Of a stretch of 64,000 bases of DNA, positions 1 through 20,824 are shown piece by piece. The stretch lies in assembly GCF_009914755.1 (NCBI RefSeq), contig NC_060944.1. One strand, written 5' to 3'. How positions within the stretch are numbered: the first letter of the stretch is position 1; each line of letters begins with the position of its first letter. The translations under genes and the position numbers were made by a program. The notes under the pieces are model-generated. The model saw only the letters and a program-made list of their open reading frames with translations, had not been told where the DNA came from and ran no database searches. Origin of the DNA: the human T2T-CHM13v2.0 reference genome, Homo sapiens.

Positions 1-188
1 ATCATAGGAAAAGTTCAACTCTGTGAGTTGAATGCACACAACACAAAGAAGTTTCTGAGAATGCTTCTGTCTAGTTTTTATGTGAAGATATTTCCTTTTC
101 TACCATATACCTCAAAGTGCTCCAAATGTCCACTTGCAGATTCTACAAAAAGAGTGTTTCAAAACTGGTCTATGAAAAAGAAGGTTCA
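1..188 (-). repeat. Alpha satellite monomers (reverse orientation to the CATTCTCAGAAACTTCTTTGTGATG consensus)
   Basis: cacaaagaagtttctgagaatgcttctgtctagtttttatgtgaagatatttcc is the reverse complement of the alphoid consensus. Confidence 0.97.
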
Positions 189-654
189 TATGTGCCACAT
201 TTTCTTAATCCAGTCTATCATTGTTAGACATTTGGTTTAGTTCCAAGTCTTTGCTATTGTGAATAATGCCGCACATATGCACCATGGAATACTATGCAGC
301 CGTAAAAAATGATAAGTTCATGTCCTTTGCAGGGACATGGATGAAATTGGAAATCATCATTCTCAGTAAACTATCGCAAGAACAAAAAACCAAACACCGC
401 ATATTCTCACTCATAGGTGGGAATTGAACAATGAGATCACATGGACACAGGAAGAGGAATATCACACTCCGGGGACTGTTGTGCGGTCGGGGGAGGGTGT
501 TGGGATAGCATTGGGAGATATACCTAATGTTAGATGACGAGTTATTGGGTGCAGTGCACCAGCATGTCACATGTATTCATATGTAACTAAGCTGCACAAT
601 GTGCACATGTACCCCAAAACTTAATGTATAATAAAAAAAAAAGAAGAAGAAAAA
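189..654 (+). mobile_element. L1 #1: short 5'-truncated, 5'-inverted LINE-1 (L1PA2-like). Inverted segment ~189-273; sense ORF2 end, 3'UTR and polyA 271-654
   Basis: Antisense tatgtgccacattttcttaatcc... then sense gcacatatgcaccatggaatac...; 3'UTR diagnostics gagatcac, gaatatcac, ggtcgggg, gacGAGtt, cacaatgtg; TSD aaaaagaa(g/t)gttca at 175-188 and 655-668. Confidence 0.93.
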
Positions 655-9359
<8,705 letters not shown>

Positions 9360-12300
9360 AGAAATATTCTGTCTAGTTTTTATGTGAAGATATTTCCTTT
9401 TCCACCATAGGCCTCAAGGTGCTCTAAATGTTCAATGGCACATTCTACAGAAAGCATATGTCAAAACTGGTCCTTCAAAAGAAATGTTCAACTCTGGGAG
9501 ATGAATGCACACATCAAATTGTAGTTTCTCAGAATGCTTCTATCTCGTTTTTATGTGAAGATATTCCCTTTGCAACCATAGATATCAAAGTGCTCCAATT
9601 GTCCACTTGCACATTCTACAAAAAGTGGGTTTCAATACTGCTCAATCAAAAGAAAGGTTTAACTCTGTGAGATGAATGCACACATCACAAAGAAGTTTCT
9701 CAGATTTCTTTTGTCTAGATTTTATGTGAAGATATTCCCTTTTCTACCATAGTCCACAAAGTGCTCCGAATATCCACTTGCAGATTCTACAAAAAGAGTG
9801 TTTGCAAACTGCTCAATCAAAAGAAAGGTTCAACTCTGTGAGATGAATGCACACATCACAAAGAAATTTCTCAGAATCTTTCTGTCTAGTTTTTATGTGA
9901 AGATATTTCCTTTTCCAACATAGGCCTCAAAGCGCTCAAAATGTCCACTTGCAGACTCTACAAAAACAGAGTTTCAAAACTGCTCAACCAAAAGAAAGAT
10001 ATAACTCTGTGAGGTGAATGCACACATCAAAAAGAAGTTTCTCAGAATGCTTCTCTCTCGTTTTAATGTGAAGATATTTCCTTTTCCACCATAGAAGTCA
10101 AAGCACTCCAAATGTCCACTTGCAGTTTCCACAAAAAGAGAGTATCAAAACTGCTCAATCAAAAGAAAGGTTAAACTCTGTGAGATGAATGCACGCATTA
10201 CAAAGTAGTTCCTCAGAAAGCTTCTGTTTAGTTTTTATGTGAAGATATTTGCTTTTTCACCATAGGCCTCAATGCGCTCCAATTATCCATTTGCAGATTC
10301 TGCAAAAAGAGTGTTTCCAAACTGCTCAGTCAAAATAAATGCTCAACTCTTTGAGATGAAAGCACTCATTTAAAAGAAGTTTCTCAGAAAGCTTCTGTCT
10401 AGCTTTTATGTGAAGATATTTCCTACATCACTAAAGGCCTCAATGGACTCAGAATTATCCCTTTGGGGATTCTACAAAGGAGTGTTTCCAAACTGCTCTA
10501 GCAAAAGAAAGCTTCAACTCTGTGAGATGAATGCACCCATCACAAGAAACTTTCTCAGAATGTTTCTGTGTAGTTTTTATATGAAGATATTTCCTACTTC
10601 ACCATAGGCCTAAAAGGGTTCACAATTATACCTTTGTAGACTTTACAAAAAGACTGTTTCCAAATCTCCAATCAAAGAAATGTTCAACTGTGTGAGATGA
10701 ATGCAAACTTCACAAAGAAGTTTTTCAGAATGCTTCCATCTAATTTTTATGTGAAGATATTTCCTTTTTCACCATAGGCCTCAAAGAGCACCAAATATCC
10801 ATTTGCAGGTTGTACAAAAAGACTGTTTCCAATCTGCTCAATTGAAGGAAATGTTCAACTCTGTGAGATGAAATCACATATCACAGAGAAGCTTCTCAGA
10901 AAGCTACTGTTTAGTTTTTATGTGAAGATATTTCCTATTTAACCATAGGCCATAAAGGGATCACAATTATACATTTGCAGATGCTACAAAAATACTGTTA
11001 CCAAACTGCTCAATCAAAAGAAAATTTCAACTCCACGAGATGAATGGACGCATCACAAAGTAGTTTCTAAGAATGCTTCTCTCTAGTTTTTATGTGAAGA
11101 TATTTCCTATTTAACTATAGGCCATAAAGGGATCACAAATATACCTTTGCAGATGCTACAAAAATACTGTTACCAAACTGCTCAATCAAAAGAAAGTTTC
11201 AACTCCATGAGATGAATGGACACATCACAAAGTAGTTTCTAAAAATGCTTCTCTCTAGTTTTTATGTGAAGATATTTCCTTTTCCACAATAGGCCTCAGA
11301 GGGCTCCAAATACCCACTTGCAGATTCTACAAAATGAGTGTTTCAAAACTGCTCTATCAAAAGAAAAGTTCAACTCTGTGAGATGAATGCACACATTGGA
11401 TAGAAGTTTCTCAGAATTCTTCTTTCTAGTTTTTATGTGGAGATATTTCCTTTTCCACCATAGGCCTCAAAGTGGCACAAATGTCCACTTGCACATTCTA
11501 CAAAAAGAGAGTTACAAAACTCCTCAATCAAAAGAAAGGCTTAACTCTGTGAGAAGAATGCACAGATTACAAAGAAGTTTCTCAGATTGCTTCTGTCTAG
11601 ATATTATGTGAAGATATTTTCTTTTCTACCATAGGCCACAAAGCACCTCAAATGTCCACTTGCACATTCTACAAAAAGAGAGTTTAAAAACTGCTCAATC
11701 AAAAGAAAGGTTTAACTCTGTGAGATGAGTGCACACATCAAAAAGAAGTTTCTCCAATTGCTTATGTCTAGATTTTAAGTGAAGATATTTCCTTTTCTAC
11801 CATAGACCTCTGTGAGATGAACCCACGCATCACAAAGAAGGTTCTCAAAATCCTTCTGTCTAGTTTTTATGTGAAGATATTTCCTTCTCCACGATAGGCC
11901 CCAAAGCGCTCCAAATGTCCACTTGCAGATTCTACAAAAAGAGAGCTATAAAACTCCTCAATCAAAAGAAAGGTTTAACACTGTGAGATGAATGCACACA
12001 TCAGAAAGTAGTTTCTCAGTTTGCTTTTCTCTAGATTTTATGTAAAGATATTACCTTTTCTACCATAGACCACAAAGCGCTCCAAATGTCCACTTGCAGA
12101 TTCTACAAACAGAGTGTTTCCAAACTGCTCAATCAAAAGAAAGGTTCAACTCTGTGAAATGAATGCCCATATAACAAAGAAGTTTCTCAGAATTCTTCTG
12201 TCTACTTTTTATGTGAAGATATTTCCTTTTCCACCATAGGCCTCAAAGCTTTCCAAACGTCCACTAGCAGATTCCACAAAAAGTGAGTTTCAAAACTACT

Positions 12301-15300
12301 CAATCAAAAGAAAGGTTTAATTCTGTGGGATGAAGGCACACATCACAAAGAAGTTTTTCAGATTGCTTCTCTCCAGATTTTATGCGAAGATATTTCCTTT
12401 TCTATCGTAGGCCGCAAAGCACTCCAAATGCCCACTTGCAGATCCTACAAAAAGAGTGTTTCCAAACTGCTCAATCAAAAGAAAGCTTCAACTCTGTGAG
12501 ATGAATGCACACTTCTCAAAGAAGTTTCCCAGAATTCTTCTGTCTAGTTTTTATGTGAATATATTTTCTTTTCCACCACAGGAATAAATGCGCTCCAAAT
12601 GTTCACTTGAAGATTTAACAAAAAGACAGTTTCAAAACTGCTCAATCAAAAGAAAGTTTTAACTCTGGGAGATGAATGCACACATCACAAAGAAGGTTCC
12701 CAGATTGCTTCTGTCTGGATTTTATGTGAGGATATTTCCTTTTCAACCATAGGCCTCAAAGGACGCCAAATGTCAACCTGCAGATTCCATCAAAAGGGTG
12801 TTTCCATACTGCTCAAACAAAAGAAAGGTTCAACTCTGTGAGATGAATGGACACATCACAAAGAAGTTTCTCAGAATTCTTCTGTCTAGTTTTTATGTGA
12901 AGTTATTTCCTTTTCTACCATTGGCCTCAAAGCACTCCAAATGTCCACTTACAGATACTACAAAAAGAGATTTTCAAAACTGTTCAATCAAAAGAAAGTT
13001 TTAACTCTGTGAGATGAACGCACACATCAAAAAGAAGTTTCTCAGATTGCTTCTGTCTAGATTTTAAGTGAAGATATTTCCTTTTTCACCATAGGACGCA
13101 AAGCGCTCGAAATGTCCATTTGCAGATTATACAAAAAGAGTATTTCAAAACTGGTCCATAAAAAGAAACGTTCAACTCTGGGAGATGAATGCGCGCATCA
13201 CAAAGCAGTTTCTCAGAATGCTTCTATCTAGTTTTTAAGTGAAGATATTTCCTTTTCCACCATAGACCTCAAAGAGCTCCAAATGTCCACTTGCAGATTC
13301 TACAAAAAGAGAGTTTCCAAACTGCTCAATCAAAAGAAAGATTCAACTCTGTGAGAAGAACGTACACATTACAAAGAAGTTTCTCAGAATTCTTCTGTCT
13401 AGCTTTTATGTGAAGATATTTCCTTTTCCACAATAGGCCTCAAAGCCCTCCAAATGTCCACTAGCAGATTCTACAAAAAGGGAGTTTCAAAACTCCTCAA
13501 TCAAAAGAAAGTTTTAACTCTGTGGTATGAATGCACACATCACAAAGAAGTTTCTCAGATTGCTTCTGTCTAGATTTTATGTGAAGTTATTTCCTTTTCT
13601 ATCATAGGCCGCAAAGCACTCCAAAGACCACTTGCAGATACCACAAAAAGAGTGTTTCCAAACTGCTCAATCAAAAGAAAGTTTCAGCTCTGTGAGATGA
13701 ATGCACACATCACAAAGAAGTTTCTCAGAATTCTTCTGTCTAGTACTTATGTGAAGATATTTTCTTTTCCACCACAGGACTAAATGCGCTCCAAATGTCC
13801 ACTTGCAGATTCTACAAAAAGAGCATTTCAAAACTGCTCTATTGAAAGAAAGGGTTACCTCTGTGAGATGAATGCACACATCACAAAGAAGTTTCTCACA
13901 TTGCTTCTGTCTAGGTTTTATGTGAAGATATTTCCTTTTCTACCACAGGCTGCAAAGTGCTCCAAATGTCCACTTGCAGAATCTACAAAAATTGTGTTTC
14001 CAAACTGCTCAATCAAAAGAAAGGTTCAACTCTGTCAGATGAACTCACACATCATGAAGAAGTTTCTCAGAATTCCTCTGTCTAGTTTTTTGTGAAGATA
14101 TTTCCTTTTTCACTACAGGCCTCAAAGCGCTCCAAATGTCCTCTTGCAGATTCTATAAAAAGTTTCAAAACTGCTCAATCAAAGAAAGGTTTAACTCTGT
14201 GAGATGAATGCATACATCACAAAGAAGTTTCTCAGATTGCTTCTGTCTAGATTTTATGTGAAGATATTTCCTTTTCTACCATAGGCCTCAAAGCCCTCCA
14301 AATGTCCACTTGCAGATTCTACAAAAGGAGTGTTTCAAAACTGCTCAATCAAAAGAAATGTTTAATTCTGTGAGATGAATGCACAAATCACAAAGAAGTG
14401 TCTCACATTGCTTCTGTCTAGGTTTTATGTGAGGATATTTCCTTTTCTACCACAGGCCGCAAAGCACTCCAAATGTCCACTTGCAGAATCTACAAAAATT
14501 GTGTTTCTAAACTGCTCAATCAAAAGAAAGGTTCAACTCTATGAGATGAACGCACACATCACAAAGAAGTTTCTCAGAATTCTTCTGTCTAGTTTTATGT
14601 GAAGATATTTCATTTTCCACCATAGGCCTCAAGACTCTCCAAATGTCCACTTACACATTCTACAAAAAGAGTATTTCAAAACTGGTCCATAAAAAGGAAA
14701 GTTCAACTCTGTGAGATGAATGCACATGTCAGAAAGAAGGTTGTCAGAATGCTTCTGTCTAGTTTTTATATGAAGATATTTCCTTTTGCAACATAGGCCT
14801 AAAACTCTCAAAATCTCCACATGCAGATTCTACAAAAGACAGTTTCAAAACTGCTCCGTCAAAAGGGAGGTTCAATGCTGCAAGATCAATGCACACATCA
14901 CTAAGAAGTTCGTCAGAATGCTCCTGTCTAGTTTTTATGTGAAGATATTCCTTATTCCACAGTAGTCCACAAGGCGCTCCAAATGTCCACCTGCAGATTC
15001 TACAAAAAGAGTGTTTTAAAGCTGCTCAATCAAAAGAAAGGTTCAATACTGTGAGATGAATGCACACATCACAAAGAAGTTTGTAAGAATGGCTCTATCT
15101 ACTTTCTATGTGAAGATATCTCCTTTTCCACCATTGGCCTCAAGCGCCGCAAATGTCCAATGGCAGATTCTACAAAAAGAGTATTTTAAAGCTGCTAAAT
15201 CAAAAGAAATGTTCAACTCTGTGTGAGATGAATGCACACATTACAAAGAAGTTTCTCATAATGCTTCTGTCTAGTTATTATATGAAGATATTTCGTTGTC

Positions 15301-18300
15301 CACCCATAGGCCTCAAAGCTCTCCAAATGTCTACTTGCAGATTCTACAAAAAGAGTGTTTCAAAACTGTTCAATGAAAAGTAAGGTTCAACTCTGTGAGA
15401 TGAATGCACACATCACAAATAAGTTTCTCAGAATACTTCTGTCTAATTTTTATGTGAAGATATTTCCTTTTCCACTGTAGGCCTCAAAGTGCTCCAAATG
15501 TCCACTTGCAGACTCTACAAAAAGAGTGTTTCAAATCTGCTCAATCAAAAGAAAGTTTCAACTCTGTGAGATGAATGCACACGTCACAAGCCAGTTTGTG
15601 AGAATGCTTCTGTCCAGTTTTTATGTGAAGATATTTCCTTTTCCACCATAGACCCCAAACCACTCCAAATATCCACTTGCCGATTCTAAAAAAAAAAAAA
15701 AAGTGTTTCAAAGCTGCTCAATCAAAAGAAAGTTTCAACCTGTGAGCTGAATGCACCCATCACCAAGAAGTTTGTCAGAATGCTTCTGTCCAGTGTTTAT
15801 GTGAAGGTATTTCCTTTTCCACCATAGGCCTCAAAGAGCACTAAATGTCCCTATGCAGATTCCACAAAAAGAGTGTTCCAAAACTGCTCAGTGAAAAGTA
15901 AGCTTCCACTCTGTGAGACGAATCCACACATCACAAAGAAGTTTAACAGAATGCTTCTGTCTAGTTTTTATATGAAGATTTTCCTTTTCCACAATTGGTC
16001 TCAAAATGCTCCCAATGTCCACTTGCAGATTCTACAAAATGTGTGTTTCAAAACTTCTCAATGAAAAATAAGTTTCATCTCTGTTAGATGAACGCACACA
16101 TCACAAAGAAGGTTGTCAGATGCTTCTGTCTAGCTATGTGAAGATATTTCCTTTTCTGACATAGGGCTTAAAACGCTCCAAATGTCCACTTGCAGATTCT
16201 ACAAAAAGAGTGTTCCCAAACTGCTCAATCCAAAGAAATGTTCAACTGTGTGATATGAATGCACAAATCAAAAAGATGTTTGTGAGAATGCTTCTGTCTT
16301 GTTTTTACATGAAAATATTTCCTTTTCCAGCATAGGCCTCGATGCACAACAAATGTCCCCTTGCAGATTCTACAAAAAGAGTGTTTCAAAACTGCTCAAT
16401 GAAAAGCAAGGTTCAACTCTGTGAGATGAATGCACACATCACAAATTAGTTTGTCAGAATGCTTCTGTCTAGTTTTTATGTGAGGATATTTCCTTTTCCA
16501 CAACAGATCTCAAAGTGCTCTAAATGTCTACTTGCAGATTCCATAAAACGGGGATTTCAAAACTGCCCAATGAAAAGTAACGTTCAAGTCTGTGAGATGA
16601 ACACACATATCACAAGGAAGGTTGTCAGAATGCTTCTGTCTAGTTGTGTGAACATATTTCCTTCTCTATCATAGGGCTCAAAGTACTCTAAATGTCCACT
16701 TGCAGATCCTACAAAGAGAAATTTTCCAAACTGCTCAATCAAAAGTAATGCTCAACTCTGTGACATGAATGCACACATCAAAAAGAAGTTTCTCAGAATG
16801 GTTCTGTCTAGTTTTTATGTGAAAATATTTCCTTTTCCACCATAGGCCCCAAAGGGCTCCAAATGTCCACTTGCAGATTCTACACAAGGAGTGTTTGAAA
16901 ACTGCTCAATGAAAAGAAAGTTCAACTCTGTGATATGAATGCACATATCAAAAAGAAGTTTGTCATAATGCTTCTGTCTAGTTTTTAAGTGAAGATAGTC
17001 CTTTTCCACCATAGCCGTCAAAGCGCTCCAAATGGTCCTTGCAGATTGTACAAAAAGAGTGTTTCAAAGCTCCTCAATCAAAAGAGAGGTTCAACTCTGA
17101 GATGAATGCACCCATCAAAAAGAAGTTTTTCAGAAAGCTTCTGTCTAGCTTTTATATGTAGATATTTTCTCTTAAAACATTGGCCTCAAAGCGCTCCAAA
17201 TGTCCCCTTGCAGATTCTACAAAAAGAGTGTTTCAAAGCTGCTCAATCAAATGAAATGTTTAGCTCTGTGAGATGAATGCACACATCAAAAAGTAGTTTG
17301 TCAGAATGCTTCTGTGTAGGTTTTATGTGAAGATGTTTCCTTTTCCACCATTGGCCTCAAAGCACTCAAAATATCCACTTGCAGATTCTACAAAAAGAGT
17401 GTTTCAAAACTGCTCAATCAAAAGTAAGGTTCAACTCTGTGAGAAGAACGCACACATCACAAAGAAGTTGGTCAGAATACGTCTGCCTAGTTTTTATGTG
17501 AAGGTATTTCCTTTTCCATCATGGGCCTCAAAGGGCTCCAAATGTCCACTTACGGATTGTACATAAATAGTGTTTGAAAGCTGCTCAATCAAAAGAAAGT
17601 TTCTATTCTGTGAGATGAATGCAGACATCACAGAGAAGATTGTCAGAATGATTCTGCCTACTTTTTATATGAAGATATTTCCTTTTCCAGGATTGGACTC
17701 AAGTGCTCAAAATGTCCACTTGCAGATTCTACAAAAAGAGTGTTTCAAAGCTGCTCAGTCAGAAGAAAGTTCAACTGTGTTAGATGAATGCACACATCAC
17801 AAAGTAGTTTGTCAGAATGCTTCTGTATAGTTTTTATGTGAAGATATTTCCTTTTCCACCACAGACCTCAAAGCACTGCAAATGTCCATTTACAGATTCT
17901 ACAAAAAGAGTGTTTCAAAGCTGCTCAGTCAGAAGAAAGTTCAACTCTGTGAGAAGAATGCACACATCACAAAGAAGTTTGTCAGAATGCTTCTATCTAG
18001 TGTTTATGTGAAGATATTTCCTTTTCCAATATAGGCCTCAAAGGGCTCCAAAAGTCCACTTGCAGATTCTAGAAAAAGAGTGTTTCAAAACTGCTTAATG
18101 AAAGTAAGTTTCTACTCTGTGAGATGAATGCACACATCACAATGTTTGTTGTCAGAATGCTGCTGTCTAGTTTTTATGTGAAGATGTTTCCTTTTCAACC
18201 ATAGACCTCAAAGCGCTCCGAATGTGCACTTACAGATTCTACAAAAAGAGTGTTTCAAAGCTGCTCAATCAAAAGAAAGGTTCAACTCTGTGAGATGAAT

Positions 18301-20824
18301 GCACACATAACAAAGAAGTTTGTCAGTGCTTCTGTCTAGTTTTTTGTGAAGATATTTCGCTTTCCAGCATTGGCCGCAAAGTGCTCCAAATGTCCACTTG
18401 CAGATTCTACAAAAAGAGTGTTTCAAAGCTGCTTAATGAAAAGCAAGGTTCAAATCTGTGAGGTGAATGCCCACATCACAAAGAAGTTTGTCAGAAGGCT
18501 TCTGTCTAGTTTTTAAGTGAAGATACTTCCTTTTCCACTTTTGGACCCAAAGCGCTGCAAATGTCCACTTGCAGATTCTACAAAAAGAGTGTTTCAAAGC
18601 TGCTCAATGAAAAGAAAGATTCAACTCTGTGAGATGAATGCACACATCACAAAGAAGTTTGTCAGAATGTGTATTTCTGGTTTTTATTTGATGATATGTC
18701 CTTTTCCACAATAGGCCACAAATCGCTCCAAATGTCCACTTGCAGATTCAACAAAAAGAATGTTTCCAAGCTGTTCCATGAAAAGAAATGTTCAACTTTG
18801 TGAGCTGAATGCACACATCACAAAGAAGTTTGTCAGAAAGCTTCTGTCTAGTTTTTATATGAAGATATTTCCTTTTCCACGATGGGCCTCAAAGTGCTCC
18901 ACATGTCCACTTGCAGATTCTACAAAAAGAGTGTTTCAAAGCTGCTCATTCCAAAGAAAGGTTCAACTCTGTGTGAGATGAATGCACACATCACAAAGAA
19001 GTTTCTCATAATGCTTCTGTCTAGTTATTGTATGAAGATATTTTGTTGTCCACCCATAGGCCTCAAAGCTCTCCAATGTCCACTTGCAAATTCTACAAAA
19101 AGAGTGTTTCAAAACTTCTCCATCGAAAGTAAGGTTCAGCACTTTGAGATGAATGCACACATCACAAAAAAGTTTTTCTGAATGCTTATGTCTAGTTTTT
19201 ATGTGAGGATATTTCCATTTCCACCATAAGCCTCAAAGCGCTCAAATTGTCCACTTGCAGCTTCTACAAAAAGAAAGTTTCAAAGCTGCTCAATCAAAAG
19301 AAAGTTTCATCTCTGTGAGATGAATGCACACATCAAAAGAAGTTTGTCAGAATGCTTCTGTCTCGTTTTTATGCGAAGATATTTCCTTTTCCATCATAAA
19401 CCTCAAAGTGCTCTAAATATCCAATTGCAGATTCTACAAAAAGAGTGTTTCAAAACTGCTCAATGAAAAGTAAGGTTCAACTCTGTGAGATCAATGCACA
19501 TATCACAAAGAAAATTGTCAGAATGCATCTGTCTGGTTTTTATGTGAAGATATTTAATTTCCCACCATGGGCCTCAAAACGCTCCAAATGTCCACTTGCA
19601 GATACTTCAAAAAGAGTGTTTCAAAACTGCTCAATCGAAAGCAAGTTTCAACACTGTGAGATGAATGCACACATCACAAAGAAGTTTGTCAGAATGCTTC
19701 TTTCTAGTTTTTATGTGAAGATATTTCCTTTTCCACCATAGTTCTCAACGCGCTCCAAATGTCCACTTGCAGATTCTACAAAAAGAGGGTTTAAAAGCTG
19801 CTCAATCAAAAGGAAGCTTCAACCCTGTGAGATGAAGGCACACATCACAAAGAAGTTTGTCAGAATGCTTCTGTCTAGTTTTTATGTGAAGGTATTTCCT
19901 TTCCACAATAGGCCTCAAAGCGCTCCAAGAGTCCACTTGCCTATACTAGAAAAGGAGTGTTTCAAAACTGCCCAATGAAAAGTAAGGTTCAACTCTGTGA
20001 GATAAATGCACACATCATAAAGAAGTTTGTCAGAATGCTTCTGTCTAGTTATTATGGGAAGATATTTCCTTTTCCACCATAGGCCTCAATGCACTCCAAA
20101 TGTCCAATTGCAGACTGTACAAAAAGAGTATTTCATAGGTGCTCAAACAAAAAAAGGTTCAACTCTGTGAGATGAATGCACACATCACAAAGAAGTTTGT
20201 TAGAATCCTTCTGTCTAGTTTTTATGTGAAGATATTTCCTTTTCCACCGTAGGCCTCAAAGCACTCCAAATGTCCACTTGCAGATTCTACAAAAAGAGTA
20301 TTTCAAAGCTGCTCAATCAAAAGAGAGGTTCAACTCTGTGAGATGAATGCAGACATCACAAAGAAGTTTGTCAGAATGCTTCTGTCTAGTTTTCATGTGA
20401 AGACATTTCCTTTTCCGCGATAGGCCTCATAGCGCTCCAAATGTCCTATTGCAGATTCTACAAAAAGAGTGTTTCAAAACTGCTGAATGAAAAGTGAGGT
20501 TCAACTCTGTGAGATGAATGCAGACATCACAAAGTATTTTCTCAGAATGATTCTGTCTAGTTTTCATGTGAAGACATTTTCTTTTCTGCGATAGGCCTCA
20601 TAGCGCTCCAAATGTCCACTTGCAGATTCTACAAAAAGAGTGTTCCAAAACTGCTCAATGAAAAGTGAGGTTCAACACTGTGAGATGAATGCAGACATCA
20701 CAAAGAAGTTTGTCAGAATGCTTCTGTCTAGTTTTCATGTGAAGACATTTCCTTTTCCGCGATAGGCCTCATAGCGCTCCAAATGTCCACTTGCAGATTC
20801 TATAAAAAGGGTGTTTCAAAACTG
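9360..20824 (-). repeat. Alpha satellite: dimer-like layer to ~14730 (with a different-class island at ~10200-11280), then a layer marked by aagtttGTCAGAatg
   Basis: ~171-bp monomers; layer-specific diagnostic words read directly. Confidence 0.97.
20818..20824. other. Alpha satellite strand-switch junction 1 (minus to plus)
   Basis: gtgtttcAAAACTGgacagaaacattctgac; AAAACTG fits both orientations. Confidence 0.95.

Noticed and set aside
15688-15702. A15 tract as a tiny retro-insertion
   Set aside because: It replaces acaaaaaga in register with no TSD; slippage expansion explains it
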